A model generated the notes under the pieces. That model did no database searches. It was not told the DNA's origin and was given only the letters and a program-made list of their open reading frames with translations. From a virus (Duplodnaviria; Caudoviricetes), in the IMG/VR virus record IMGVR_UViG_2908369612_000002, positions 1-64,000 of that record: a DNA stretch of 64,000 nt. One strand, written 5' to 3'. The position numbers were made by a program, and so were the translations under genes. This document shows, in pieces, positions 10,033-20,910 of this stretch (position 1 is its first letter; each line of letters opens with the position of its first letter).

Positions 10033-10872
10033 TTATACTGCTACCTCAAATGAAAGCTTATCCCCGTGTTTATAGTCAATTAATTTGAAGTCATCGATGG
10101 TGAAATCATAAAAATCTTTGACTTCAGGATTGATCCATAATTCAGGTGCTTCAAACTGTTCCCTTTCCATTTGGATTCTCAAATTGTCAATATGACGTGT
10201 GTAAACATGGCAATCACCAATGTTAAAGATATACTCACCGAGCTCATAACCCGTTACTTGAGCAATCATGCGTTGCAATATATTGTACTGGAATACATTG
10301 AACGGATTTCCCAATGCCATGTCATTACTGCGTGCTCTTACCTCCAGGTGGAGTTTTCCTTGCTTAACATACCATTGAGTTTCATACACACATGGCGTTA
10401 ATGCCATTGAGTCTAATTCATCTGGATTCCATAGCATTGTAATGTGCCTACGTGATGATGGATTGTTCTTTAACTGATGGAGAAGATAATCGACTTGGTC
10501 AACTGTTTCACCATTTAAAACTCTGTTCTTCTTACCAAGTTGATAACCATATGCATTACCGATTGTTCCATTGTCTTGTTTCCATTGATCCCAAATATGT
10601 ACACCCATTTTATTTAATTCATTAACATCGTTTGATTTAAGCTGCCAAATCCATAGCAGTTCTTTAATAGCTGTTTTCCAGGCAACCTTCTTTGTTGTCA
10701 ATATAGGCAACTCAGAATTATCGAATCTCATTTGCTTACTAATTACACTCAAAGTATGGGCAGGTGTACCATCAGTATCCCATTTAGTCCTTACATTAAA
10801 TTCCTCGTCAGATATTCCATTTTTTATTATGTCAGTTATTATTGAATTATATTGTATATCAAATTGAGTCAT
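10033..10872 (-). CDS. thyA: Thymidylate synthase (ThyA/ThyP3 type)
   Basis: PILTTKKV, MALTPC, RSND..LGNPFN and HVY..H motifs; 279 aa. Confidence 0.96.
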   Translation of the reverse strand: MTQFDIQYNSIITDIIKNGISDEEFNVRTKWDTDGTPAHTLSVISKQMRFDNSELPILTTKKVAWKTAIKELLWIWQLKSNDVNELNKMGVHIWDQWKQDNGTIGNAYGYQLGKKNRVLNGETVDQVDYLLHQLKNNPSSRRHITMLWNPDELDSMALTPCVYETQWYVKQGKLHLEVRARSNDMALGNPFNVFQYNILQRMIAQVTGYELGEYIFNIGDCHVYTRHIDNLRIQMEREQFEAPELWINPEVKDFYDFTIDDFKLIDYKHGDKLSFEVAV

Positions 10873-10906
10873 TTTCTTATTTCCTTTCATATCCCTAATA
10901 AATGTG

Positions 10907-11311
10907 TCACCAGGTAATAATAAAATTTAAGGCAACTACCATGTTACCGCATACAACTAGCCAATATACGTAATTATTTTGCTTAACACATGTCTCACCT
11001 TCTATAACATCGAGTACTTTAAACATTGTAAGTACAGTGTAGATTATTGTGAATGCTGTCCATAATAGAATAATAACATTTTCGTGCAAAATGAGACCAA
11101 TCAAAGCTAAAGGGATAATAAAAGAGATTCCTTTAAGTAACGTAAACAAGTAAACTAAGTTCTTATTTTTATTTAAATCATGCATTGTTGAGTTGTCTAT
11201 GATTTGTTTAACTTTCTTATAAACATTTGCCTCGCCTCTTGCGATTAGCCTGATTTCATTTATGTTTAATACAATTAAATATGCTACTAAGAATAACGTT
11301 ACATAAATAAT
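10907..11311 (-). CDS. Membrane protein, probably starting at ATT 11311
   Basis: The open frame extends upstream of the ATG at 11185 to a strong RBS (AAGGAGGTG); several TM segments. Confidence 0.55.
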   Translation of the reverse strand: MIYVTLFLVAYLIVLNINEIRLIARGEANVYKKVKQIIDNSTMHDLNKNKNLVYLFTLLKGISFIIPLALIGLILHENVIILLWTAFTIIYTVLTMFKVLDVIEGETCVKQNNYVYWLVVCGNMVVALNFIITW

Positions 11312-11632
11312 ATGAATGCACCTCCTTAATATTTTCTTGAAGAGAAGGAACTAGTCCTCCTCTCTGTGTTCAACTCATTTACACCTGTATATCTTCATAA
11401 CAAATCCTGTCACATGACTGATAATTCCTACCCGTTTGGTACATACATCGCTGATAAGATCTCTCAGCATCATATGACATATACATTTGATATTGAGGTG
11501 CAATTTTTATCCCCCAGTCGCTCTCCCTGTTTATTGCATTGTATTTCCCTCAAAATCAAATGTCATTTGTCCAAGTAAAAATAGGCTTCTTCATCAAATC
11601 TGTATCTATTGAAAAATCATGCGTATCCTCTT

Positions 11633-11938
11633 TTAATCAAACAATCCCCCTTTTAGTTCTTCTTTAAATTCACTTATTTGATCACTTACGGTTTCTTTAA
11701 TGGTTTGTGGTAGTTGATCAATTCCCCGTTGTACTCGCTTATTTCCTGTATTCCTGATATGCAAAGTCAATTCCTTGAAACCTTCCATTGCTGTATCTGC
11801 AATCTGATCATACTGAGATTGCATCTTTGCCAATACACTTATATATTCCTCTTCATCTTCATTAAATAAGGTTAGCGCTTTTTCAAGGTCACTTATTTTC
11901 ATAAGACACTTTTCAATTATATTTTTATGTTTATCCAA
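11633..11938 (-). CDS. Hypothetical protein
   Basis: 101-aa ORF with RBS. Confidence 0.6.
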   Translation of the reverse strand: MDKHKNIIEKCLMKISDLEKALTLFNEDEEEYISVLAKMQSQYDQIADTAMEGFKELTLHIRNTGNKRVQRGIDQLPQTIKETVSDQISEFKEELKGGLFD

Positions 11939-11963
11939 CCACTCATCTCCTTTTATTTTATTT

Positions 11964-12176
11964 TTATTTCAATAAATCCAAGAAGTTTGTAGCTGCAACT
12001 CTGTACCGGTGATCTTCTTCATATTTTGCAACTTCCTTCATATGTTCAATAAATTTATCTTCAAGCCCCTGTTTATTTATAAAGCCTAAGCAAAGTCCAT
12101 TCCTGTACAACAAGTCATTAAACTTTGTTTGTAAGTTGTTGTGTCCATCGGGTTTTATGGCATATTCCCTCCTCAC
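11964..12176 (-). CDS. Hypothetical protein
   Basis: 70-aa ORF; start uncertain. Confidence 0.5.
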   Translation of the reverse strand: MRREYAIKPDGHNNLQTKFNDLLYRNGLCLGFINKQGLEDKFIEHMKEVAKYEEDHRYRVAATNFLDLLK

Positions 12177-12198
12177 AAATCACGATAAAAGTCTTCTT

Positions 12199-12366
12199 TT
12201 ATTTAAACTTTGAACCTATATAAATCCCTTTTCGATCAAGGTGATAATTACCCATTGGAAAAGTTACATACATTTCAGTGGACAGTTTTTCAACTAAGTT
12301 AAACATAGGCTTTCCGTATTTTGTATTGCCTTTCTTCCACATCTTTTTTCTCAACCTTTTTTTCAT
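12199..12366 (-). CDS. Small basic hypothetical protein
   Basis: MKKRLRKKMWKK... after RBS AAGGAG. Confidence 0.5.
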   Translation of the reverse strand: MKKRLRKKMWKKGNTKYGKPMFNLVEKLSTEMYVTFPMGNYHLDRKGIYIGSKFK

Positions 12367-12477
12367 TAAAGATCTCCTTTGAATTATATAAGACTTGATT
12401 GAACATATTATTGAAGTGGCCTTGGCTGCACTCCACATCAGCTTGCTGTGCATCATTAAGACAGCCAAGGTTTTTAA

Positions 12478-13092
12478 CTAAGAAATAATATCAGCAACAT
12501 ACTTAGACCAAGATTCCAGTCGATTAAATACTTCAGGATTATCAAAATCTTTCATATGTAGCCAAAAGCCCTCTAATTGATCTGTTTCTCTTACTGATAC
12601 CTCTGCAATCTCAGGCAATTTGACTACAAGCAATACGCCTAAGTGAACTTTTCCTACTTCATTTAAGTCATCATTAATCAATCCCACAATTTCCAAATTC
12701 AAATTAGATGTAGAGATAAATAATTCTTCTCTAAGCTCTCTTCTTAAATTTTCAGCGACTGCTTCCCAAAAATTTGTGCCTTCAATTGCGTTCATGTGTC
12801 CTCCAACACCAATTGACAATTGATCGTGAAGTCTCTTTTCTCCGCCTTTTTTTAAGCGCTTGTACGCAAATACTTGGCCTCCTTTTTGTAAAACGGCATA
12901 AGGAATTGGTTGTTTATAGTTCTGGTTCTCCTCAGCGTTTCCTCTCCTCATAGTGGTCATGCTTTCAGCGAGATTTTCGATTATTTGATCAACCTTACCG
13001 AGATCAGATTCAATTCCTTGAAAGACCAGTTTTTCATTATCAAATACTTTATCTCTAGATGCTACAACAATTACTTCATCCATTTTCCCCAT
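12478..13092 (-). CDS. YmaB-like NUDIX-fold phosphoesterase
   Basis: YKQPIPY, SIGVGGH, RELREEL Nudix-like helix and VGKVHLG motifs. Confidence 0.8.
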   Translation of the reverse strand: MGKMDEVIVVASRDKVFDNEKLVFQGIESDLGKVDQIIENLAESMTTMRRGNAEENQNYKQPIPYAVLQKGGQVFAYKRLKKGGEKRLHDQLSIGVGGHMNAIEGTNFWEAVAENLRRELREELFISTSNLNLEIVGLINDDLNEVGKVHLGVLLVVKLPEIAEVSVRETDQLEGFWLHMKDFDNPEVFNRLESWSKYVADIIS

Positions 13093-13335
13093 TTAACATT
13101 CTCCTTTTAACTTCTTAATATATTTAAAACAGTCTCTGCATTTGTATTTAACAAAGCCAGCGTCACCTTCATATATACCCATCGCTTGATCGTCAATTTT
13201 ATATAGGTCAGTATGTGGGCATATTTCTTCAATTCTTTTTCTGATTTCAACATTAGCCTTATGTAACCTTGAGCGTTCATCTTCATTGTCTTTATACTGC
13301 CTTTTAAGTTCTAAAAACAACTCATTTTTGTTCAA
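13093..13335 (-). CDS. Hypothetical protein with CPH...CxxC
   Basis: 80-aa ORF coupled to its neighbours. Confidence 0.55.
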   Translation of the reverse strand: MNKNELFLELKRQYKDNEDERSRLHKANVEIRKRIEEICPHTDLYKIDDQAMGIYEGDAGFVKYKCRDCFKYIKKLKGEC

Positions 13336-13687
13336 ACTTTGCTTTCAACTCCTCATAGCGTTTACGTTCTCTTTCTTCTTGCTCTTTGAGATACTTCTCT
13401 CTTTCAACAGCTTGCTTCTTTTTTTGCTCATTCTCGTACTCTTCCCACTCTGATTCATCAATCACACCTTTTTCATGCAAGTCTCTTTTCAGAGGATGTA
13501 AGATTTTTTTGGCTTCGTGCGCGTATAATATACTTGTCTCATAACCATCGTCCCAGTCAGCTTGTTGACTAGCCATAAATACGCCTCCATCTTTCGTAAT
13601 AATTGTTGTTTGCTCACAAAATTGATTTGCCCAAACATAAGCTACTTCCTTACCAATTAAGCCTTCTTGATCCTCAATAAAATACAT
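13322..13687 (-). CDS. Hypothetical phage protein
   Basis: 121-aa ORF with RBS. Confidence 0.65.
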   Translation of the reverse strand: MYFIEDQEGLIGKEVAYVWANQFCEQTTIITKDGGVFMASQQADWDDGYETSILYAHEAKKILHPLKRDLHEKGVIDESEWEEYENEQKKKQAVEREKYLKEQEERERKRYEELKAKFEQK

Positions 13688-13729
13688 TCATTATCTCCCT
13701 TTATTTTATATTTGTTTAAAATTACCCTT

Positions 13730-13972
13730 TTATTGCAATTCCTTTAATAGCTCATCAAGTTCATCAGGCTTAAAACCAATACTTCGCTTTACTTCCTCTC
13801 CTTCTCCATTTATCAAAATGGTTACCGGTACTCCCATAACACCAAATCTTGCTGCTACTTCTGGTTCCTGTGTTACGTCTACTGTTTCAAATTGAATATT
13901 TGCTTGTTCTAAGTAATTGGAGACCATTTTACATGGATTACAATTAGGCTGTTCTAATTTAATCAGTCTCAT
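13730..13972 (-). CDS. yosR: Thioredoxin/NrdH-like redoxin (YosR-like)
   Basis: CNPC motif, GVMGVP; directly after nrdF. Confidence 0.85.
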   Translation of the reverse strand: MRLIKLEQPNCNPCKMVSNYLEQANIQFETVDVTQEPEVAARFGVMGVPVTILINGEGEEVKRSIGFKPDELDELLKELQ

Positions 13973-14967
13973 TGAACACACTCTTTCTCGTTAAAAATGA
14001 AATCAGAATCCTTTAAAGGCTCAACAGTCGCTTTCTTATATCCATTACCTTTTAATGAAAAGAAATCAAATGACTTCGTCTTAGTGCTCAATCCATTGAT
14101 AACAATTGGATTAACTTCCTCACCTTCAAACCAATGATCAAAACCAAGATTGTTTAAAGCTTTATTTGCATTATATCTGATGAATTTCTTAACATCTGGA
14201 GCTAAACCAACCTGATCGTAAACATCTTCTGTATACTCCAATTCGTTTTCATAAAGCTCTTGTAGCAAGCCTAAAGCCCATTCATACAGTTCTTTTTGCT
14301 TCTCTGGCGTTTGATTCTTATAAATTTCCTGAGCCAGTAACCCAATGTATGTTCCATGAATTGCTTCGTCACGAATTATAAGGTTAATTATCTCACCGCT
14401 CTGCATTAACTTTCCTTGTCCATAAAAATAAAGTGGGTAATAAAAACCTGAGTAGAAAAGGAAACTTTCAAGAAATACAGAAGCAACCAATCCTTTAAAT
14501 AATGAAACGTCATCATTTCTTTTAATTGATTTATAGACTGAAACAATTGTTCTTGCCTTCTTTTGAAGATACTTGTTGTTTTTCACCCATTCAAATACTT
14601 CGTTTATCTGTTCTGTTGGAGCTAATGTAAGGAAGATGTTGCTGTAAGACTTCGCATGGACAGCGTTCTCCATCATGGCCATGAAGTTAAGTACGGCTTT
14701 CCTTTGGTGCCCTTCTACATGCTCCGCTATAATGGGCATTCCTGTATTACCTTGTTCTGTGTCCAATAATGTTAAACCCGCTAATACTTTCATATAAGTA
14801 TCCTGTTCATTATCACCAAGGTACTTCCAGGTTAGAAGATCGCCATTTAAGGCGATCTCCTCTGGTAACCAGAATTGTTTAACGTTTTGGTTGTAAAACA
14901 TCTGGGTAAAATCATCTTCATGTTGCGACCAGTTAGCAGCAGTATACGAATTGTTAATTTGTGACAA
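13969..14967 (-). CDS. nrdF: Ribonucleotide reductase class Ib beta subunit, no intron
   Basis: [25 protein letters not shown] and RDEAIH motifs; continuous 332-aa ORF. Confidence 0.96.
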   Translation of the reverse strand: MSQINNSYTAANWSQHEDDFTQMFYNQNVKQFWLPEEIALNGDLLTWKYLGDNEQDTYMKVLAGLTLLDTEQGNTGMPIIAEHVEGHQRKAVLNFMAMMENAVHAKSYSNIFLTLAPTEQINEVFEWVKNNKYLQKKARTIVSVYKSIKRNDDVSLFKGLVASVFLESFLFYSGFYYPLYFYGQGKLMQSGEIINLIIRDEAIHGTYIGLLAQEIYKNQTPEKQKELYEWALGLLQELYENELEYTEDVYDQVGLAPDVKKFIRYNANKALNNLGFDHWFEGEEVNPIVINGLSTKTKSFDFFSLKGNGYKKATVEPLKDSDFIFNEKECVQ

Positions 14968-15078
14968 ATGTTTGTCCTCCCGAAAAAGAAATGTTTTATT
15001 ATTAAAACTAAATAATGTTAATTATGGTTAATTGTGATATATTTTTGTTGTTCAAGTAATCCATTAGGGGGAGAGTAC

Positions 15079-15513
15079 ATGAAAAAGAAATTAATAATCG
15101 GTGCTTTAGCTTTAGGGCTAATACCTACTATTGGCAGTACCTCTGTAACAGCAACGCCGCTTAAAGGTACTGTAAACTTCGTAAAGCCTTTAGCAAATGA
15201 CTCTAGATGCGACGGCGGTACTTTAATCTGTGAAACTGGTAAATACACAGCTAAAGGAACCTTCTTTTTCGATTATTATGGTAGTGAAGACAACAAAATC
15301 AGAGTTCACATTGCAAACGATGGTAAATTTCCTTTTGATTACAGAATTACAGACCCTGACGGCAATAAAATAGCTGAGGGTATTACAGTCAAGCCAGGTA
15401 AGTCGAATACCACAACTTATTATGTTCAAGATTTAAAAGGTACTTATAAAGTCCGTGTAACTAATGATGATGGACAAGATATTAAAGCTTTTGTTAAAGT
15501 AAGGGCACTTTAA
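15079..15513 (+). CDS. Secreted beta-rich protein inserted antisense between nrdE and nrdF
   Basis: MKKKLIIGALALG signal peptide, RBS GGGGGAG. Confidence 0.75.
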   Translation: MKKKLIIGALALGLIPTIGSTSVTATPLKGTVNFVKPLANDSRCDGGTLICETGKYTAKGTFFFDYYGSEDNKIRVHIANDGKFPFDYRITDPDGNKIAEGITVKPGKSNTTTYYVQDLKGTYKVRVTNDDGQDIKAFVKVRAL

Positions 15514-15564
15514 TTAAGAATGCAGGAGTCAGGTGGTGTTATAGTTTGCCGACTCCTTCACTTT

Positions 15565-18500
15565 TTAAACAACGCAGGACAAGCAACCTTCCTGTCCTGT
15601 GTCCTTCGTTCTTGCATAGTACAGTGTCTTGATTCCTTTGTGGTGCGCGTAGAGATCTATTCTGTTTAGGTCTCTCGTTGTCATCGTATCCTTTAGAAAC
15701 AGCGTGAACGAAATGCCTTGATCGACATGCTGCTGAATCGTTGCGATAAGATCAACTACTTTAAACATGTCCATATCGTACGCTTCCTTATAGAAGAACC
15801 AATTCTGAGGTGATAAGCCTGGCATTGGATAATATGTTTTGCTGTTACCGTATGTACGTTCCTCAATCCGCTCCATAATTGGCATTACACCCGCTGTAGA
15901 AGATTGTACATAGGAAATACTTCCCGTTGGTGCAATTGCCTGTCTATATGAATGGTAAAGCCCATACTCCATAATCTGTTCTTTCAACTTTCTCCAATCA
16001 GATTGATCTGGAATATGTTGATCTCCAAACAGCTTCTGAACTTTTTCAAACTTAGGCTTAAAGCTATTCTTTTCATAATTTTTGAAGTACTCTCCTGATT
16101 TGTATGTTGAGCCTTCAAATTTGTAATAGGTCTCCCCTGTCTCTTTTGCTATTTCCATTGAACGCTGCAGAGAATAATAATTGACCATCATAAAGTATGT
16201 ATTAACAAAATCCCTAGCCTCTTCACTTTCATAAGCAATTTTATTTTGGGCTAGGAAACCGTGCAGATTCATTTGCCCTAAGCCAATTGATTTCATTAAC
16301 GTATTTGCTCTTGCAACAGCAGGAGCATTTACGATGTTTGTTTTTCTTGTAACAGTTGTCAGTGAGTCTATCGCAGTTCTAACAGTAGCTGCAATTGATT
16401 GATTAGTCATTACGTTTGCAATGTTCATAGAACCAAGATTACAGGAAATATCTAATCCAATTTCATCTTCTTGATCGTAATCTGTATAGACTGATACTTC
16501 GGATGATTGGAGGACTTCAGAACACAAATTTGAAAACTTCACCTTAGAAATGTGTTCATTAGCATGAACCTTGTTTACATTGTCAGCGAACATAATATAT
16601 GGATATCCTGATTCATATCGTAGAATTGCCAACTTCTCTAAAAGCTTACGAGGATTTGCTTTTGCTTTTCTAACTCTAGGATTTTCAACAAGCTCATCAT
16701 ACATTTCATTGATGTCCAGTTCATCAAGATACTGTCCATACTCCTTGTATACTGAATGAGGATAGAACATGTAGTAATCCTTATCTTCTCTCGCAAGCTC
16801 AACGAACTTATCCGGGATGACAACGCCGATAGAGAGTGTTTTTACACGCACATCTTCATCAGCCGAGATTTTTTTGACATCAAGATAGTCTGAAATATCT
16901 GGATGAAAGACACTTAGATAAGCTGCTCCTGATCCTTGTCTTTGCAGACCATTCAGACGTGTTCGCTAAGCACGCCCCGCCATATGACTGCTTCATGTTA
17001 CCATGAAGGTTAGACTATATCTTCACCCGCTAAGGGTGCCTCCTGTTTCGACTGCCAATAGCTTGCAGCCTACGCCTTTCGGCTAGTCGTTGCACGTTCA
17101 AGACGTTTGATCTAAGTGTTTCCACTTTTGCCGCAAACAGATTTTTGTAATGATTGTTTTACTCGCATATGTATGTAATTCAGCTAGTTCTTTAATGGAC
17201 TTACCACTTTTAAAACCATTTAGAATTGACAGTGCTTGATGTTCAGTAATTTTAGCCTTTGGGCTTTTTTCTCCAATCAAAAGCAGTCCATGTTTTAAAG
17301 CATGCTGAGCATTTCCTTTTGGGGTAACCCACTCCAAATTTGAAAGCTTTGGATTCGCTTTGTTACCGTCGATATGATTTACATAAGGTAAATTTTCAGG
17401 ATTAGGTATAAAGTTGAGTGCAACTAACCTATGCACACGTTTACCGACCTGCTTGCCTTCCTTATATAAAGTCACTTTTGCATATCCTTCACCATCAATC
17501 TTAGTCTTTAAAACAGTCTTCTTTTTCAAATTGACCACTCTGCTAAGGTTTGTAATCCCGTACCCAGGGAAATCAGGAATTGGAGTAACTATCTCTCCCT
17601 TCATTAAAACAAAGGGAATTTGTGTTTTCCTTAGCCCCATCTTTATTACACGGTGATTAATTGCTTCTCTTGATACACCCAATTTTTCTCCTATTTCTTT
17701 AGCAGTCATTGTACTATAATTTTCGCGAATAAAATCTTCATCAATATCTAACTTGTTATGCGGTCGTCTTGCTTCGCTCATGATTGTCCCCCTTTATTTT
17801 GGCTTGTGATTGACCCAAAACATTTGAGGAGTTCCCATGAATTAAAGAGGTTTTCGATCGCCATTACTGACGAAAGGGGCCAAATCAACCCATTTGGTCA
17901 GCATAACGGAACGCGTTATCAAGGAGCTTCATGACGCCGACAACACCTTTTGTCGCGTTCTCAACATCTTTAATCGCTTCGCCTTTAGCTCTTAATTTAT
18001 TTAGGTTTAATGCTACGCCACCGCCTAATTTAGACAACTGCATTGAAATATCAATTGCGCGTGAAATATCATTCAAACTGTCTCCTACTTCGAGTAGGAA
18101 ACAACTGACCATTTCACCTCTTCTCTTACGTCCAGCATTAAGGAAAGTAGGTGTTGCCGGCTGATACTCTTGTTTCATCATGGTGTGTACTTCCTCAATA
18201 GCCTTTTCATAATCACCATCTGCACAATACAAAGCTACAATTGAGACACGATCCTCATATCTCTCCAGGATTTTTGTTTTGTCGTTTGTCTTCAATGCAT
18301 AGTCATTGTAGAACTTAAAAGCACTCATAAAAGATGGGAATCTAAATTTGTAACTGTAAGCAATCTTATAAATTGACTTAATCTGTTCAAATGTATATCG
18401 GTATAAGAATTCTTCTTCGTAATAATCATTTTCAATCAAGTAATCAAGTTTCTCTCTAAGATCATGGAAAAAGACTGTGTTTTGATTAATGTAATCAACA

Positions 18501-18607
18501 AAGTAACTATGTACGGCCTCCTTATCCTTTTCGAATTGATACTTCCCGTCTTTCTGAATCATGATCTCATTATTAAGCTTGATCCACTTTGGTATTGTTT
18601 TTGTCAA
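15565..18607 (-). CDS. nrdE: Ribonucleotide reductase class Ib alpha subunit, two exons (18607-17888 and 16944-15565)
   Basis: Spliced product reads ...YADQMG|QRQGSGAAYL..., 699 aa; FSNLCSE uninterrupted; C-terminal CLSC. Confidence 0.93.
16945..17887 (-). ncRNA. Group I intron in nrdE (943 nt)
   Basis: 5' exon ends in U (GGT|), intron ends in G; conserved GCAACGACT and AAGATATAGTCT core elements near the 3' end. Confidence 0.9.
17098..17781 (-). CDS. Intron-encoded HNH homing endonuclease
   Basis: VHRLVA..F and VNHIDGNKANPKLSNLEW...N..H motifs; N-terminal HTH. Confidence 0.9.
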   Translation of the reverse strand: MSEARRPHNKLDIDEDFIRENYSTMTAKEIGEKLGVSREAINHRVIKMGLRKTQIPFVLMKGEIVTPIPDFPGYGITNLSRVVNLKKKTVLKTKIDGEGYAKVTLYKEGKQVGKRVHRLVALNFIPNPENLPYVNHIDGNKANPKLSNLEWVTPKGNAQHALKHGLLLIGEKSPKAKITEHQALSILNGFKSGKSIKELAELHTYASKTIITKICLRQKWKHLDQTS

Positions 18608-18965
18608 TAAGTTGTACCTCCTGAGTAATCTTCTGTATGTCTTGTTTCGTTCCACTTAGTTCAAACTTTAATAACAATGGTGTGTGGAACTTAGCTGAAA
18701 GCTTGTCTCCAGCTAAACCATAGTTATCACCCCAAACCTTGTTGCCACTAACAGCAACTCCTCTAATTTTACTTTTATTCTTATAAATGAAATTCAATGT
18801 CCTTTCAGGTACTTCCCCAAAGCCTATCGTATATGTAATATGTATGAACTCTTGATTGATGATCATATCATCAGTAATTTCAATTGCCTCAATGCTCAAC
18901 TCTTGTTGTAATGCTTTAACAAACCTTCTTACATTGCCTGTTTTGCTATCGTATGTAATGATCAC
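18573..18965 (-). CDS. nrdI: NrdI flavodoxin-like protein
   Basis: YDSKTGNVRRF, SGNKVWG and KFELSG motifs. Confidence 0.95.
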   Translation of the reverse strand: MIITYDSKTGNVRRFVKALQQELSIEAIEITDDMIINQEFIHITYTIGFGEVPERTLNFIYKNKSKIRGVAVSGNKVWGDNYGLAGDKLSAKFHTPLLLKFELSGTKQDIQKITQEVQLIDKNNTKVDQA

Positions 18966-19306
18966 TAATCGTTATAAGCCCCTGTAATTAAATCTGTAGT
19001 TGCTGTTTCAGCTTCATTTTCTACGTGGTGAAATGCTTCTGATATCTCCAGATTAATTGTAGCCATCTCAGCATAGCCTTGGGCCATCTGAGCTTCTAAA
19101 TCAGACATTTCTTGAACAGGTACGTATTTATCCTTTTGGCTTTGTGGGATAACCATTTGATATCCGTCTTGATTAGTGGCAATAAGTTCTCCTCTTAAAG
19201 CTGTAAATGATTCTCCATTTTGCATATGTATTTTCGTATTCTCTTTTGCTTCGTCCAAAGTCACCAGATCACTACGCTTTACGTATAACTGTCTAGCTGC
19301 CCCCAT
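18965..19306 (-). CDS. yosL: YosL, MazE-mimic inhibitor of host MazF
   Basis: C-terminal MAQGYAEMATINLEISE...EAET resembles B. subtilis MazE MRRGYMEMAKINLNIS; located before nrdI. Confidence 0.82.
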   Translation of the reverse strand: MGAARQLYVKRSDLVTLDEAKENTKIHMQNGESFTALRGELIATNQDGYQMVIPQSQKDKYVPVQEMSDLEAQMAQGYAEMATINLEISEAFHHVENEAETATTDLITGAYND

Positions 19307-19399
19307 TTTACATCTCCTTATTATTTGTCTTTTTATTTGAATAAAACTGTGATTTTATCTAGAATAGAGCCGTATCTATTCGTCCTCCCTAAAAAATCG

Positions 19400-19582
19400 T
19401 TACTCTTCTTCGATCGTCCATCCGTTTAATCTTGCGTACTTTAATTTTCTTGAATATCTACGCTTCCACTCATCCCACTCTTTTGTTTTCCCGCACGTAG
19501 CGAACACGTCTTGGTTTTTCTGTTTTAAAAGAATATCCCCGACCCATCTAGGAACTGACGGTCTATAATTACTTTCCACCAT
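19400..19582 (-). CDS. Hypothetical protein
   Basis: 60-aa ORF with RBS GGAGG. Confidence 0.6.
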   Translation of the reverse strand: MVESNYRPSVPRWVGDILLKQKNQDVFATCGKTKEWDEWKRRYSRKLKYARLNGWTIEEE

Positions 19583-19642
19583 CTATTCGTCCTCCAATTG
19601 TTGCTGTATAAATTTTCATCTAGAGCTAATCTGTTGAAGCAG

Positions 19643-20009
19643 TTAGAGTTTGTTATCAACAATACCTTTAATACTTTGCAATGTTTGCTTATACTGGCTG
19701 TCTAAATCACTTACATCTAATTCTGTTGAAACTCTAAATTGTGAGCTTGTATCATACATAGTAATTACTGATTCAATCCCCTTTTCTTCGGCTATAAACG
19801 AAACACCAAAGACCTCAATATCATCTGCGCCATGCTCCTCTTTAAGTTCTTCTAGAAAACTAAGCTGCATATGGTCAAACAGTTCTTTAGAATTCTTGAA
19901 TATTTTTTGTTCAACATAACTGTTTTCTCCATCAATTGAATCAAAGAGCAAGTTGTAATCGATGTACCCTTTTACAGATTTTCCATGCTTAATGTATTCC
20001 AGGCTTCAT
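19643..20009 (-). pseudogene. Hypothetical gene with an apparent +1 frameshift near its start
   Basis: ATG AAG C(C)TG GAA TAC joins the 19643-19951 frame if one C is removed. Confidence 0.45.
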
Positions 20010-20034
20010 CATCCTTTTATTTTATTTTTATCCT

Positions 20035-20303
20035 TTAAATTAAACTGCCGTCCGTAATCAAAATTGTTTCTGCATTGCTTTGAAGTTCTTCCAGTACATT
20101 TGAAATTGGGGGAAGCTCTTGGTCTTCTGTTAATGTTCGACTATGTTTAACAGCAGCATACAACATACCGACTTCTTTGATTTCATCGCTTAAGTTTCCG
20201 TCCCATCATCTGCAACTGTTTCTGTATATAGCTTCATTGCGTTTCCCTTTGTATTTGCCTTAATTAATGCGTAATATGGGTCGCATACCTCAAAGAATTT
20301 CAT
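20035..20303 (-). pseudogene. Hypothetical gene with a -1 frameshift in a G run
   Basis: MKFFEVCDPYYALIKA...DD then GNLSDEIKEVG...DGSLI in the next frame; span is 269 nt. Confidence 0.55.
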
Positions 20304-20319
20304 CTTATTACATCAGCTC

Positions 20320-20532
20320 CTAATCAATTTTTGTGAACCTATTTATCTCATTTTTATCAACAACAACTTTTCCAAAAAACATATCCTTAGGTCTTGCCCA
20401 AAGAGTTCCATCCGTATCTTCATAAGTTACGAGTTTCTCTTCTGTCTCAGTATGAATGACCTCTCCAATAACCTTATATAGACCACCTTTATAATGTTTA
20501 AACCGACAACCAATTACTTCGTATGTATCCAT
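20320..20532 (-). CDS. DUF1653-family protein
   Basis: FKHYKGGLYKV...HTET.E.LV.Y...LWARP..MF pattern. Confidence 0.8.
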   Translation of the reverse strand: MDTYEVIGCRFKHYKGGLYKVIGEVIHTETEEKLVTYEDTDGTLWARPKDMFFGKVVVDKNEINRFTKID

Positions 20533-20548
20533 TTTGATTGCTCCTTAT

Positions 20549-20740
20549 TTAAGCTTCCTCTAAATGAAACAATAAAACATTTTTATAAAAGTCTACCTGA
20601 ATTTCATTCTCTGTATCTTCTCCATCTACGCGACACTTAAAAGGAGTGTCTCCATATACATCAACCTGATCTTGTAAAACCTTGATAACATCGCTAACCA
20701 TAGGATTAACTAATTTACCTTTGCTCTCATCATAAGCCAT
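20549..20740 (-). CDS. Hypothetical protein
   Basis: 63-aa ORF. Confidence 0.55.
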   Translation of the reverse strand: MAYDESKGKLVNPMVSDVIKVLQDQVDVYGDTPFKCRVDGEDTENEIQVDFYKNVLLFHLEEA

Positions 20741-20910
20741 TACTTCATCATCCTTTATTCTTTTTCATCTTCTGGGGTCAACGACGAATTACTGTTGAGA
20801 TAGTCTAAATAAGACTCTCGGCACTTCTTACTGCAAAACATAGAAACAGATGAGTTCCCACATTCTCTGCATATCATTTCTCATTCCCCTTTCTCAGTAA
20901 AATCATCCTT

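Noticed and set aside
11345-11620. Possible gene between two RBS-like sequences
   Set aside because: Multiple stops in all - strand frames; at best an unidentifiable remnant.
15565-16944. Intein in NrdE, as in SPbeta
   Set aside because: FSNLCSE is continuous and the spliced length (699 aa) is that of a normal NrdE.
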